Positions 9,571 through 20,167 of a stretch of DNA of 64,000 bases are shown here, in pieces; the first letter of the stretch is position 1; each line of letters begins with the position of its first letter. The notes beneath the pieces were generated by a model. The model made no database searches, was not told the DNA's origin, and worked only from the letters and a program-made list of their open reading frames with translations. Both the position numbers and the translations under genes were made by a program. The stretch is from Candidatus Zhuqueibacterota bacterium (GTDB lineage Bacteria; Zhuqueibacterota; Zhuqueibacteria; Thermofontimicrobiales; Thermofontimicrobiaceae). The stretch spans positions 765,527 to 829,526 of the forward strand of contig JBMOPW010000014.1 of the NCBI GenBank assembly GCA_049322915.1, written 5' to 3'.

Positions 9571-9697
9571 GAATGACCAGTTGAAATCATGTGGTAATAA
9601 ATTCGATACTTTTTTGTATCTGTAATGGACGGTCGCGACCGTCCACTACGCGTACGTCCAATAATAATATAGGCGCAAATCTATTAACGGGTCATTC
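9571..9697. mobile_element. MITE family B, copy 2 (inverted relative to 1665-1790)
   Basis: Ends GAATGACCAGTTGAA / TTAACGGGTCATTC with internal TGGACGGTCGCGACCGTCCACTAC. Confidence 0.75.
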
Positions 9698-9830
9698 GTA
9701 TTATTAATGCTTATTCATTAAGACTGATAGTCCGTATGGGGACAAAAGTCCCGGTTCATTTCCCGTTCTGACAAATGTCCGGAACGATCGGAATTGTCTG
9801 ACCAAATAACCAAAACCACGAGGTAGTTCT

Positions 9831-11987
9831 ATGAGAAAACGCGTGTTGCTATGGCTGGCTCTGTTCGTAACAGCGAACCTGGCTGCCGCCCTGGCCGACG
9901 AGGGCATGTGGCCCATCAGCGAAATTCACAAACTGGATCTGAAGGGCAAGGGCATGAAACTGAAACCGCTGGAGCTGTACAATCCCAATGGCGTCAGTCT
10001 GATCGATGGCATTTGTAACGTGGGCGGCTGCACCGGCTCGTTTATCTCGCCCCAGGGCCTCATTCTAACCAATCACCATTGCGCCTACGACGCGGTTCAA
10101 TCCGCCAGCAGCAAAACGAACGATTACATCCGGAACGGATTTCTGGCCCGAAACAGGTCCGAAGAAATCCAGGCAAAAGGCTACACGGTTCGGATCACGG
10201 ACTCGTATCGCGATGTGTCCGGCGAGGTGCTCGGCGTTGTGAGCGACGAGATGGATATGGCGCAGCGCACCAAAGCCGTGGAGCGGAAGATAAAGGAGAT
10301 CGTCAAACAGGCCGAAGAAGAATTCCCCGGCAAGCGGGCCGAAGTGGCTGAAATGTTCATCGGCAAAACCTATGTGCTGTTCATGTACACGTATCTCAAA
10401 GACGTTCGGCTGGTGTATGCGCCGCCGCGCTCCATTGGCGAATTTGGCGGTGAAGAGGACAACTGGGTCTGGCCGCGCCACACCGGCGATTTCTCTTTCA
10501 TTCGCGCCTATGTCGCGCCGGACGGTTCCTCGGCGGATTACGCCCCGGAGAATGTGCCGTACACGCCAAAAAAGTATTTGAAAGTCGCGCCCGAAGGGGT
10601 GAACGAAGAAGATTTTGTTTTCATCCTCGGCTATCCCGGCCGCACCTTCCGGCATCAGACATCGCATTACCTGGCCTTTGAGGAAGAGATCCGCATGCCC
10701 TATGTGGTGCAGTGGTATCAGTGGCAGATTGCGGTGATGGACGAAATGGGCAAAGGGGACCGCGCCGTGGCGCTGAAGCATTTATCGCGAATCAAGGGGC
10801 TGTCCAACACGGAAAAAAACTATCGCGGCAAACTCATTGGATTGAAGCGAATGAAGCTGGTCGATCGGAAGCGCAGCGAAGAACAGGCCTTGCAGCAGTA
10901 CATCGATGCGGACGCGGCGCGAAAAGCCAGGTACGGCGCACTGCTGTCCGACATCAGCGCCATTTACCATGAGAAGAGCGAATTGGCCGGGCAGGAAATG
11001 GTGCTGGGCTATTTGACTCGCAGTTCGAATTTGCTGACTTACGCCTACGCGGCCTACGAGTCAGCCATCGAGCGGCAGAAGCAGGACGTGGAACGGAGCT
11101 CGGCCTACATGGATCGTAATTTCGAGCGCACGAAACAGCGGCTGTTCCTCTCGCTGGAAGATTATTACGAGCCCGGCGATAAGGTCATTTTCAGGGAGAT
11201 GATGCTGCGCGCAGCGCAGTTGCCTGAGGGACAAAAAATTCCGGCCATCGACGCGATCGTAGCCAGAAAGGCGGATATTGCCGCAGCCATCGATGCGTTC
11301 ATCGACGACGCCTACGCCCGGTCGCAGTTGGCGGATGAGAGCTATCTGAAAGCGGCGCTGAACAAAAATCCGGAGGAGATTGCGGCCGAAGCTGATCCAT
11401 TCATTCATCTCGCAGCCGGACTTTATCCGACCTATCAGGAACTCAAAAAGAAGGACGAAGCCCGCAGCGGCGCCATGGACAAATTGTATGCGCAACTGAT
11501 TGACATCAAAAAAGAATTCCTTTCAGCCGATTTTGTGCCGGATGCCAATGGCACGCTGCGCCTGACGTACGGCCGTGTCCGGGGGTATTCGCCGCGGGAT
11601 GGCGTGTATTTTCATCCCATCACAACTGTGGCCGGCGTGCTTGAAAAGACGACCGGGGAAGAGCCGTTCGATACGCCGGACAAGTTGCTGCAACTGGCCG
11701 GGCAGCGGGATTTCAGCCGATTTGAAAATCCCCGGCTGAAGAGCGTGCCGGTGGCGCTTCTGTACAACATGGACACGACCGGGGGCAATTCCGGCAGCCC
11801 GGTGCTCAATGCCAATGGCGAACTGGTGGGCGTCAATTTCGATCGCGCGTTTGAAGCGACCATCAATGATTACGCCTGGAGCGAGGATTACAGTCGCTCC
11901 ATTGCTGTGGACATCCGCTACGTCCTGTGGGTCGCGCAGAAATTCGGTCAGGCCGGTCATCTGCTGAAGGAGATGGGCGTGAAATAA
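9831..11987 (+). CDS. S46-family dipeptidyl peptidase
   Basis: ADEGMW N-terminus, TNHHC, WPRHTGDF, TTGGNSGSPV. Confidence 0.95.
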   Translation: MRKRVLLWLALFVTANLAAALADEGMWPISEIHKLDLKGKGMKLKPLELYNPNGVSLIDGICNVGGCTGSFISPQGLILTNHHCAYDAVQSASSKTNDYIRNGFLARNRSEEIQAKGYTVRITDSYRDVSGEVLGVVSDEMDMAQRTKAVERKIKEIVKQAEEEFPGKRAEVAEMFIGKTYVLFMYTYLKDVRLVYAPPRSIGEFGGEEDNWVWPRHTGDFSFIRAYVAPDGSSADYAPENVPYTPKKYLKVAPEGVNEEDFVFILGYPGRTFRHQTSHYLAFEEEIRMPYVVQWYQWQIAVMDEMGKGDRAVALKHLSRIKGLSNTEKNYRGKLIGLKRMKLVDRKRSEEQALQQYIDADAARKARYGALLSDISAIYHEKSELAGQEMVLGYLTRSSNLLTYAYAAYESAIERQKQDVERSSAYMDRNFERTKQRLFLSLEDYYEPGDKVIFREMMLRAAQLPEGQKIPAIDAIVARKADIAAAIDAFIDDAYARSQLADESYLKAALNKNPEEIAAEADPFIHLAAGLYPTYQELKKKDEARSGAMDKLYAQLIDIKKEFLSADFVPDANGTLRLTYGRVRGYSPRDGVYFHPITTVAGVLEKTTGEEPFDTPDKLLQLAGQRDFSRFENPRLKSVPVALLYNMDTTGGNSGSPVLNANGELVGVNFDRAFEATINDYAWSEDYSRSIAVDIRYVLWVAQKFGQAGHLLKEMGVK

Positions 11988-12108
11988 TTTCAGTCACCGG
12001 AACATTGAAAATTACAGGGGTGATGCAGTGGACGGTCGGGAAGGCGACAGGGCTCATCCCGATATTCGTGCAATCATCGAAAAATATACATCATTCAAGG
12101 AGAATGCT

Positions 12109-14145
12109 ATGGGAAAAAAAGTGGTCTGTGTCTTGTTAGGTTTGAGTGTGTGGGTTGTCGCGGCTTTTGCCGGAGATACCCACCCGTTTTCTGTTCACGA
12201 TATGCTGGCGATGCAGCGCATCTCTGATCCCCAGGTTTCGCCTGACGGCAACCGGATTGTGTTTGGGCTGCGCACCACGGACATCGATGCCAATCGCGGC
12301 AGTACCGATTTGTGGCTGGTGAATGTGGACGGCAGCGACCTTCGCCGGCTCACCTCGCATCCGGCTGCTGAATTCAACGCGCGCTGGTCTGCCTGCGGCA
12401 AATTTATCTGGTTCCTTGCGACGCGTTCGGGCTCATCCCAGGTCTGGCGCATTCGCCTGGATGGCGGCGAGGCCGAGCAGTTCACGGACCTGCCTCTCGA
12501 CGCCGGCAATCTCGTGGTGTCGCCGGACGGCAACTATATCGCCTACACCCTGGATGTTTTTGTCGGAAAATGCATGCACTGCACCAAAAAGAAGCTGGAT
12601 AAAATCGAGGCCGGCAAAGCGACCGGGGTCATTTATGACCGGACATTCATCCGTCACTGGGACACCTGGATGGATGGCCGGCGTTCGCATCTCTTTGTGC
12701 AGTCAACCGGCGGCGGCGAACCGATTGATGTCATGAAAAATATGGACGCTGATGCCCCCTCCAAACCGTTCGGCGGTCCCGAGGAAATTGCCTTTGCCCC
12801 GGACGGAAAAGGCGTGGTGTTCACCGCCCGCAACGTAGGCAAGGAAGAACCCTGGTCCACGGATTTCGATCTGTATTACGCGCCCATCGATACCTCGAAA
12901 CCGTTGAACTGTTTGACCGAGAAAAATGAGGCGTGGGATACGGCGCCGTCATTTTCGCCGGACGGAAAGACACTGGCCTATCTGGCCATGACGCGGCCGC
13001 GCTACGAAGCCGATCGATTCCGGATTGTGCTGCATTCCTGGCCCCAGGGCGAGAAGCGCGTGCTCACTGAAGCATGGGATTTTTCTGCCTCACCAGTGAC
13101 CTGGTCCGGCGACGGCAAAACGATTTACACCACGGCGGCCAATGTCGGTCAAAATTCGCTGTTCGCCATCGATGTGGCCAGCGGTAAAGTCAGCGTTGTG
13201 GTTCGCGATGGCAACATCGCATCGCCGGCCGTTGCCGGCAAACGACTGGTTTTCGCCCTGGATCATTTGCAATCCCCGGTTGAGCTTTACTCCGTGAAAC
13301 CGGATGGCAAGGATATTCGCGCCATCACCCGGATCAATGCCGGGAAACTGGCTGCCTGCCGCATGGGCGATTATGAGCAATTCAGCTTCCCCGGCTGGAA
13401 CGATGAGACAGTCTACTGTTACGTGGTGAAGCCGGTTGATTTCGACGCCAATAAAAAATACCCGGTGGCCTTCCTCATTCATGGCGGCCCCCAGGGCTCA
13501 TTCGGCAATCATTTCCATTATCGCTGGAATCCCCAGGCTTACGCCGGGGCCGGTTACGCTGCGGTGATGGTCGATTTTCACGGCTCGACTGGTTACGGTC
13601 AGGCGTTCTGCGACGCCATTCGCGGCGACTGGGGCGGCAAGCCATTGGTGGATTTGCAGAAGGGACTGGCTGCTGCGCTGCAACGCTACTCCTGGATGGA
13701 TGGCGAGAAAGTCGGCGCGCTCGGCGCATCGTTCGGCGGATACATGATCAATTGGATCGCCGGCAACTGGTCTGACCGCTTCCGCTGTCTGGTCAATCAC
13801 GATGGCAATCTGGACGAGCGCATCGCCTACTACGATACCGAAGAGCTGTGGTTCCCGGAGTGGGATCACGAGGGTACGCCCTGGACCAACCCGGAAGGTT
13901 ACGAGAAACACAATCCTGTCAATTTCGTTAAAAACTGGAAAACGCCCATGCTGGTTGTCCACGGCGGCCGCGATTTTCGCGTTGTTGAAACCCAGGGCAT
14001 TTCCACGTTCAATGCGTTGCAGCGGCTCGGCATTGAAAGCAAATTTCTCTATTTCCCAGATGAAAACCACTGGGTGTTGAAGCCGCACAATTCAATTTTG
14101 TGGCACGATACGGTGATCGGCTGGTTGGATCAATGGCTGAAATGA
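12109..14145 (+). CDS. S9-family peptidase (DPP5-like)
   Basis: Propeller repeats, IHGGPQG, GASFGG nucleophile, DFRV, DENHW. AAGGAG RBS precedes ATG 12109. Confidence 0.93.
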   Translation: MGKKVVCVLLGLSVWVVAAFAGDTHPFSVHDMLAMQRISDPQVSPDGNRIVFGLRTTDIDANRGSTDLWLVNVDGSDLRRLTSHPAAEFNARWSACGKFIWFLATRSGSSQVWRIRLDGGEAEQFTDLPLDAGNLVVSPDGNYIAYTLDVFVGKCMHCTKKKLDKIEAGKATGVIYDRTFIRHWDTWMDGRRSHLFVQSTGGGEPIDVMKNMDADAPSKPFGGPEEIAFAPDGKGVVFTARNVGKEEPWSTDFDLYYAPIDTSKPLNCLTEKNEAWDTAPSFSPDGKTLAYLAMTRPRYEADRFRIVLHSWPQGEKRVLTEAWDFSASPVTWSGDGKTIYTTAANVGQNSLFAIDVASGKVSVVVRDGNIASPAVAGKRLVFALDHLQSPVELYSVKPDGKDIRAITRINAGKLAACRMGDYEQFSFPGWNDETVYCYVVKPVDFDANKKYPVAFLIHGGPQGSFGNHFHYRWNPQAYAGAGYAAVMVDFHGSTGYGQAFCDAIRGDWGGKPLVDLQKGLAAALQRYSWMDGEKVGALGASFGGYMINWIAGNWSDRFRCLVNHDGNLDERIAYYDTEELWFPEWDHEGTPWTNPEGYEKHNPVNFVKNWKTPMLVVHGGRDFRVVETQGISTFNALQRLGIESKFLYFPDENHWVLKPHNSILWHDTVIGWLDQWLK

Positions 14146-14444
14146 TGAATCGCTGACCCGCTTCGTTGACCTGGCAATTTTCATAAAATTGGTGAAACTC
14201 ACCTGCGGCGCGCCGGACATTGCAAGAGGCTCGGCGGCCGCAGACGCTTTTTCAAGGAAGCGCTCCGGGGGAGTTCTTCTCAAAACCACGTCTCTGCAAG
14301 GGTTCGGTTTTGGCCCTGGATAAAATTCATGTCCGGCGCCTCGGCGCGTGATCAGGCAGCGTTCCTGACAAGGGAACATGAACTCCGCCGGAGCGTTTCA
14401 TTTAAACACGAAAAAAAAGTCTCGCAACCAGATTGGAGGTCCGT

Positions 14445-15791
14445 GTGGCGCACAGTGCATCGATCACCCGGCACATGATCGAGGGATTTCAAAAAGATTT
14501 TTTGAAAAATCCGATCAATCGGGTGCTGCAGAACTCCATTATCAAAAATGGAATTCAGGCCGTATCCCGCAACAACGATTCCGTCATCCGGAATCGCTAC
14601 TTATTTTCGCACGAGATCAAGACTGAAAAGATCACCTGGCAGCAGAAGAGCGGCCGATGCTGGCTGTTTGCCGGGCTGAATACGTTTCGGCAGAAGATAT
14701 CCGGCGAGTACAAAATAAAAGATTTTGAATTGTCCCAGAATTATCCCATGTTCTGGGATAAGCTGGAGAAGTCGAATTATTTTCTGGAAAATGTGCTGGC
14801 AACTCTCGACGAGGATGTTTACAGCCGGGTGTTCATGTGGCTGCGCGAGGCGCCGGTGCAGGATGGCGGCCAGTGGGATATGTTCGCCAATCTGGTGAAT
14901 AAATATGGCGTTGTGCCCAAGGACGTTATGCCGGAGACGTTTCACAGCGCGGACACGCTGCACATGGATCGGCTTCTCACGCTCAAGCTGCGCGACAATG
15001 CCGCAGCGTTGAGGAAGATGCACAAGGAGGGGAAAACCATCGAAGCGCTGCGCCATCAGAAAAAGGAGATGCTGAATGAAATCTACCGCATGGTCGCCTT
15101 TTTTCTGGGCAATCCACCAGACCGATTCGATTTCGAATTTCGGGATAAGGACGATAAATTTGTCCAGGATATGAATCTGACGCCGCACGACTTCTTCGAA
15201 AAATATGTCAAAGTGAATCTGGCTGATTTTGTCAGCATCATCAACGCGCCGACCGAGGATAAGCCGTTCAGCCGGACGTTCACCGTGCAATATCTGGGCA
15301 ATGTGACTGAAGGCAAACCGGTGCTCTATCTCAATGTGGATGTCGCGACGATGAAGCAACTGACGCTGGCCCAGATAAAAGACGGCGTACCGGTCTGGTT
15401 CGGCTGCGATGTGGGAAAGATGCTGGATAGCGAGATTGGCCTCATGGATTCGAAATTATTTCTCTATGAGCAGGCGCTGGGAGTGCCTTTCGGCCTGGAT
15501 AAGGCCGGGCGCCTGATGTACGGAGAGAGCAAACTGACCCATGCCATGGTTTTCACCGGCGTCAATCTGGTGAACGACGCGCCAACCCGCTGGAAGGTGG
15601 AAAATAGCTGGGGCGACAAACTTGGCAAAGAGGGCTATTTCATCATGAGCGATGAATGGTTTGATGAATTCAACTACCAGGTCGTGATCCATAAAAAATA
15701 TCTTTCCGACGCGCTCAAAAAGGCGCTGGATGAAACGCCGGTGGTGTTGCCGCCGTGGGATCCTATGGGTTCTCTGGCGATGATGCACTGA
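14445..15791 (+). CDS. pepC: Aminopeptidase C (C1B, bleomycin hydrolase family)
   Basis: QKSGRCWLFA, THAMVFTGV, WKVENSWG, C-terminal PWDPMGSLA. GGAGGT RBS precedes GTG 14445. Confidence 0.95.
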   Translation: MAHSASITRHMIEGFQKDFLKNPINRVLQNSIIKNGIQAVSRNNDSVIRNRYLFSHEIKTEKITWQQKSGRCWLFAGLNTFRQKISGEYKIKDFELSQNYPMFWDKLEKSNYFLENVLATLDEDVYSRVFMWLREAPVQDGGQWDMFANLVNKYGVVPKDVMPETFHSADTLHMDRLLTLKLRDNAAALRKMHKEGKTIEALRHQKKEMLNEIYRMVAFFLGNPPDRFDFEFRDKDDKFVQDMNLTPHDFFEKYVKVNLADFVSIINAPTEDKPFSRTFTVQYLGNVTEGKPVLYLNVDVATMKQLTLAQIKDGVPVWFGCDVGKMLDSEIGLMDSKLFLYEQALGVPFGLDKAGRLMYGESKLTHAMVFTGVNLVNDAPTRWKVENSWGDKLGKEGYFIMSDEWFDEFNYQVVIHKKYLSDALKKALDETPVVLPPWDPMGSLAMMH

Positions 15792-15865
15792 TCGCCGCGC
15801 CGGGCATGCCCCGGAATCAGCATGTCGGTGCACGCATCGAATAACATTTAACAGAGGGAGATGGT

Positions 15866-17653
15866 ATGAAATTCAGGTTAGTGTTTTTGGTGTTGGCAGT
15901 CGCGCTTGTGTGGCAACCGTTGCACGAGTGCGTTGCGCAGGTTGAAATAACAGCGGATGAGCTTCGCGATCACATCAGTTTTTTGGCCTCGGATTCACTC
16001 AAAGGGCGAAAACCCGGCACGCGCGAAGGGGACATCGCTGCGGAATACATTCGTGATCTGGTTGTCAAAAACGGCCTGAAGCCGGTGGGCGAAAATGGAT
16101 TTCAATATTTCAATGTGGTCACGGCCGTGGAATTGGGCGACAGGAATAGCCTGTCATTTGGTTCATTTCAGGGAGAAAACAAGCGGGACTATATTCCGCT
16201 TTCTTTCTCGGCCAATGGAAAGCTCACCGCGAATGTGGTCTTTGTCGGCTATGGTCTGGATTTTGACGCGGACAGTATTTCGTGGCACGACTATCAGAAT
16301 ATGGATGTCGCCGGAAAATGGGTGGTGATGTTATTCGGTTACCCGGAGATGAAAATTCAACCGGCCGAATTCGAAAAACAGAGCCCGATTCATAAAAAAA
16401 TCATTGTGGCAAAAGATAAAGGGTGCGCCGGCGTCCTTTTCGTCAGTGGCGAAAAATATGATCCCAAAGACGAACTGACGACGTTGTACTATGAACAGGG
16501 CAAGTCCAGCGTCGGCATGCCGGTGCTTCATGTGAAACGAAATATCGCCGATAGTCTATTCGCCGGGACAGGCAAAAATATCGCCAACCTGGAAGCGACG
16601 ATTCTCGCGGAAAAAAAGCCTGTCAGTTTCGCAACGACGAAGGAACTGACGGCGGAAGTGGACGTTGTGAAAAAGGAAGTGCGGACGCAAAACGTTGTGG
16701 CAGTGCTCGATGGCGCTGATAAGGTTCTGAAAAATGAATACATCGTTCTGGGCGCGCATTACGACCATCTTGGAATGGGCGGAATGGGTTCCGGCTCTCG
16801 CAGGCCGGACACGTTGGCGATACACAATGGCGCCGATGACAATGCCTCCGGCGTCGCCGGCATTCTGGAGATTATCGAAAAACTGGCTGCCAACAGGAAG
16901 TCGCTCAAACGAAGTATCCTGTTCATTGGCTTCGGCGCTGAGGAAATGGGCACAGTGGGTTCGAAATATTTCATAAACCACCCGCTCGTCGATTTGAAGC
17001 AGATCAAGTACATGTTCAATCTGGACATGGTGGGTCGACTGGACAAAGAGTCGCAATCCCTGTCCGTAAGCGGCACCGGCACCGCAGTCGGACTCGATTC
17101 GGTTGTGAAAACCCACACGCGGAATTCCGGCCTGTCGGCCCGGCTGTCGTCGGATGGCTACGGCCCTTCGGATCATGCGCCGTTCTACATCAGCAATATT
17201 TCGGTGCTTTCATTCATGACCAGCATCCACGCCGATTATCACACGCCCGTGGATGATGTGGAAAAGATCAATTTCGAGGGGGAGAAGAAAATCGCCGACC
17301 TGGTCTACAGTCTGATCACCGACCTGGCCAACCGCAGTGAGGTTCTGGCGTTCCAGGAAGCCGGGCCCAAAACGCAACCGGGGATGACGCGCCGCTTCAA
17401 GGTGACGCTGGGCATAATGCCGGATGTCGTGTCCACGGATATCAAAGGACTGCGGGCCGATGCGGTTCTCTCGGGCCGGCCGGCTGCCAATGCCGGCATG
17501 CAGAAAGGCGACATCATCGTGGCCATGGAGGGGAAGCCGATCCATGATATTTATGAGTACATGCACCGATTGGCGGATTTTAAGGTTGGCCAGCGCATCA
17601 GCATCGAGGTGATGCGCAACGGGAAAAAGGAGATTTTGATCGTGGAATTGTGA
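15866..17653 (+). CDS. M28 peptidase with PA and PDZ domains
   Basis: GAHYDHLG, NGADDNASG, AEEMG, NLDMVGR, SDH, DYH; C-terminal PDZ (LGIMPD...GMQKGDII). Confidence 0.93.
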   Translation: MKFRLVFLVLAVALVWQPLHECVAQVEITADELRDHISFLASDSLKGRKPGTREGDIAAEYIRDLVVKNGLKPVGENGFQYFNVVTAVELGDRNSLSFGSFQGENKRDYIPLSFSANGKLTANVVFVGYGLDFDADSISWHDYQNMDVAGKWVVMLFGYPEMKIQPAEFEKQSPIHKKIIVAKDKGCAGVLFVSGEKYDPKDELTTLYYEQGKSSVGMPVLHVKRNIADSLFAGTGKNIANLEATILAEKKPVSFATTKELTAEVDVVKKEVRTQNVVAVLDGADKVLKNEYIVLGAHYDHLGMGGMGSGSRRPDTLAIHNGADDNASGVAGILEIIEKLAANRKSLKRSILFIGFGAEEMGTVGSKYFINHPLVDLKQIKYMFNLDMVGRLDKESQSLSVSGTGTAVGLDSVVKTHTRNSGLSARLSSDGYGPSDHAPFYISNISVLSFMTSIHADYHTPVDDVEKINFEGEKKIADLVYSLITDLANRSEVLAFQEAGPKTQPGMTRRFKVTLGIMPDVVSTDIKGLRADAVLSGRPAANAGMQKGDIIVAMEGKPIHDIYEYMHRLADFKVGQRISIEVMRNGKKEILIVEL

Positions 17654-17728
17654 GTGTCACTGAAAAAGCAAACGGATACAGATTGCGCGTCGCAACAGGG
17701 AGACGGCGCCTGACATATTGAGGAGATA

Positions 17729-18625
17729 ATGGGAGCAGAAAAGCAATTGACGCTACGGCCCCGGAAGGTTTCCAGCGTTGTGCTGTGGATAATTTCCATT
17801 GCGCTGACAATCGGGTGTTTCACATACCAGGACAAAACCGGGCCAACCTATCCGCTGGAAGGAGAATTGCCGACGACGAAAGGCGTGGTCAATTTCAAAT
17901 TTCAGCGTAGCGAGAATATCGGAACCGATCTGAAAATATTATTGCTGGAGCCAGTGCCGGAGGGGATCACCGGATTTGTGAAATACCGGCGTTTTCGGTC
18001 TCACGATGATTGGTCGGTGATGCCAATGGAAAAAGGCGCGTTTGAATTCACGCGGCGCGGTCGCACCGAAACCGTCCGCGGGATGGGCGCTGAGTTGCCC
18101 GGCCTGGATGTGCGCGCCGGGAAGTATGAATTTTTCGTCTACGTCGATGCCGGCGAGGCCGAACCGATTTCGGTCACCGGCGAAAAGCCGGTGTACGCGC
18201 GATACAAAGGGGCAGTGCCGCACCTGGTGCTGCTGTTCCACATTCTCGCCATCTTCGCCTCCATGGCCCTGGCGATCCGAACCACCCTGGAAGCGCTTGT
18301 CGATGGGAGGTACAAAGGAATGTTGTGGGCCACGATCATTTCGTTCCTCGCCGGCGGATTCGTACTGGGCCCGTGGGTGCAGTGGTATGCGTTTGGCGTA
18401 TGGTGGTCCGGCGTGCCGTTCGGCTACGACTGGACCGACAACAAGGTGCTTGTTGAATTGGTGTTCTGGCTGATTGCGTTGTTCATGAATTGGGGCGGGA
18501 AGCGGAATCGCTGGTCAATTTACCTGGCCGGCGTTGTGACGCTATTCATCTATTTTATCCCGCACAGCATTTTTGGCTCGGAGTACGATTTCCGAACCGG
18601 CCGCGGTCGCGGCACAATCGGATGA
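17729..18625 (+). CDS. Hypothetical membrane protein
   Basis: One N-terminal and about four C-terminal hydrophobic segments; GGAG RBS. Confidence 0.7.
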   Translation: MGAEKQLTLRPRKVSSVVLWIISIALTIGCFTYQDKTGPTYPLEGELPTTKGVVNFKFQRSENIGTDLKILLLEPVPEGITGFVKYRRFRSHDDWSVMPMEKGAFEFTRRGRTETVRGMGAELPGLDVRAGKYEFFVYVDAGEAEPISVTGEKPVYARYKGAVPHLVLLFHILAIFASMALAIRTTLEALVDGRYKGMLWATIISFLAGGFVLGPWVQWYAFGVWWSGVPFGYDWTDNKVLVELVFWLIALFMNWGGKRNRWSIYLAGVVTLFIYFIPHSIFGSEYDFRTGRGRGTIG

Positions 18626-18678
18626 GTCGGCGGCCGGCGCCGACCGGTTGGTAGCGGACGAATTTTACGCGTGAAATG

Positions 18679-18716
18679 AAAAAGGGCATCTGTTCCGGGG
18701 AAGAGATGCCCTTTTT
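18679..18716. terminator. Bidirectional intrinsic terminator
   Basis: AAAAAGGGCATC...GATGCCCTTTTT between convergent genes. Confidence 0.8.
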
Positions 18717-18739
18717 ATTTAAAACGCCTGTCACAAGGC

Positions 18740-19213
18740 TCATTCCAAAGGACGATTGACATATTCGGAATATTCATTGATCGTCTGTTGATAGGGCTCC
18801 GAGAATAACGGCGACGAGATGATGAAATCGGCCGAAGCGCGATTACACGCCACCGGTATGTTGTACACCGTGGCGATTCGCAGCAGCGCTTTGACGTCCA
18901 CGTCATGGGGCTGGGGCTGCATCGGATCCCAGAAAAAGATGAGCACATCGATGGCGCCCTCGGATATTTTGGCGCCTAATTGCTGGTCCCCGCCCAGCGG
19001 GCCGGACTTCAATTTCACGATAGGCGCTATTTCAGCAGCCATTTCGTTCTGCGCCAATTTCGATTGAACCAGTTGTTCGATGAGTCGGCCGGTCGTGCCG
19101 GTGCAGATGATCTGATGATTCACCAGACAATCGAAATTCCATTCCACCCATTCGATCAGATCTTGTTTCCGATGATCGTGCGCGACCAGCGCGATGTTTT
19201 TTTGTTTTTTCAT
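18740..19213 (-). CDS. mgsA: Methylglyoxal synthase
   Basis: IALVAHD, TGTTG, SGPLGGDQQ, PHDVDVKALLR. Confidence 0.97.
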   Translation of the reverse strand: MKKQKNIALVAHDHRKQDLIEWVEWNFDCLVNHQIICTGTTGRLIEQLVQSKLAQNEMAAEIAPIVKLKSGPLGGDQQLGAKISEGAIDVLIFFWDPMQPQPHDVDVKALLRIATVYNIPVACNRASADFIISSPLFSEPYQQTINEYSEYVNRPLE

Positions 19214-19358
19214 ACGTTGACCTGTATTGCGTATCAGCTAATTTGGTTAGAGAAATATAAAGATCTTTTTTACTTATTCCAATTCATTCGAAGCTATTGA
19301 GTCTTTGAAAAAATCTCATTATATAAAAAACAACAAATGAGATATGTGTATTTTTTTT

Positions 19359-19563
19359 TCACTGCCGGACACTTTTCAAATTATGCTCGGTAGAGCTGTC
19401 ATTCCCGCATGTTTTTGGCGGGAATCTCCCAAAATATTGTCAAATGGATGCCCGAAAGAAGCCCAGTCTGTCATCCTTTATAAATTTAATGGAAGCTGGA
19501 CATGGCATTCGGGCATGACAAATTAATCAAAAATGTCATTTTGGAAAAAGTGTCCGGTAGCGA
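19359..19563. mobile_element. MITE family D with internal GTCATTCCCGC-type palindromes
   Basis: Ends TCACTGCCGGACACTTTT / AAAAGTGTCCGGTAGCGA. Internal GTCATTCCCGCATGTTTTTGGCGGGAATC and ATGCCCGAA...TTCGGGCATGAC. Confidence 0.65.
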
Positions 19564-19579
19564 GATTTTTTTATAAGTA

Positions 19580-20167
19580 TCATCTATCCCACTCTGAAAA
19601 TTTTCGATTTAGATCTTCGATGAATTTTTTCAATGAAGCATCAGCCTTCATTGCTCGTTGGATATTCATGTTACTGATAATGTCATGAGCGAATTCTATA
19701 CCACCAAGTAAAGGTGTAACCCCAGTAGCTGCAACTGCCTCATACAGCAGTCGCTTATAACGATTTTTCTCACATTTTTTGTCGGGCGCTTGGCATCCCT
19801 GCCCCAGAACTGTCTTAAATGCTGAAGAATCAAGAAGCAGCCAACGTTCGATGTGCGGGTCTGGGATTGCATGGATAGTTAAATACTGATATTGTAGGTT
19901 TACTTTCTCGATTTCTGTCTTTGTTTTCAAATAGGTTTGGCAGTTTGCGTCAATTGCGATTATGATCACGTCGGGCAATTTTTCTTGCTCGTAGGGAAGG
20001 ATTTTTAGATATGAAGCAAATTCAGAGACAGCTTTACCATGTCCGCCACGTGCATTTCTAACAATCACATCGATATCAATACTTTTCTCAGTTGCTATTT
20101 TATAAACGAGTGCACTGATGCACGTCTCATGAGCGTAATCTTCAGCAAATAATACCACTCTACGCAT
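19580..20167 (-). CDS. DUF4276-like (TOPRIM-like) protein
   Basis: VLFAED, IAIDAN and PHIERWLLLD motifs; overlaps the ATPase stop codon by 8 bp. Confidence 0.6.
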   Translation of the reverse strand: MRRVVLFAEDYAHETCISALVYKIATEKSIDIDVIVRNARGGHGKAVSEFASYLKILPYEQEKLPDVIIIAIDANCQTYLKTKTEIEKVNLQYQYLTIHAIPDPHIERWLLLDSSAFKTVLGQGCQAPDKKCEKNRYKRLLYEAVAATGVTPLLGGIEFAHDIISNMNIQRAMKADASLKKFIEDLNRKFSEWDR

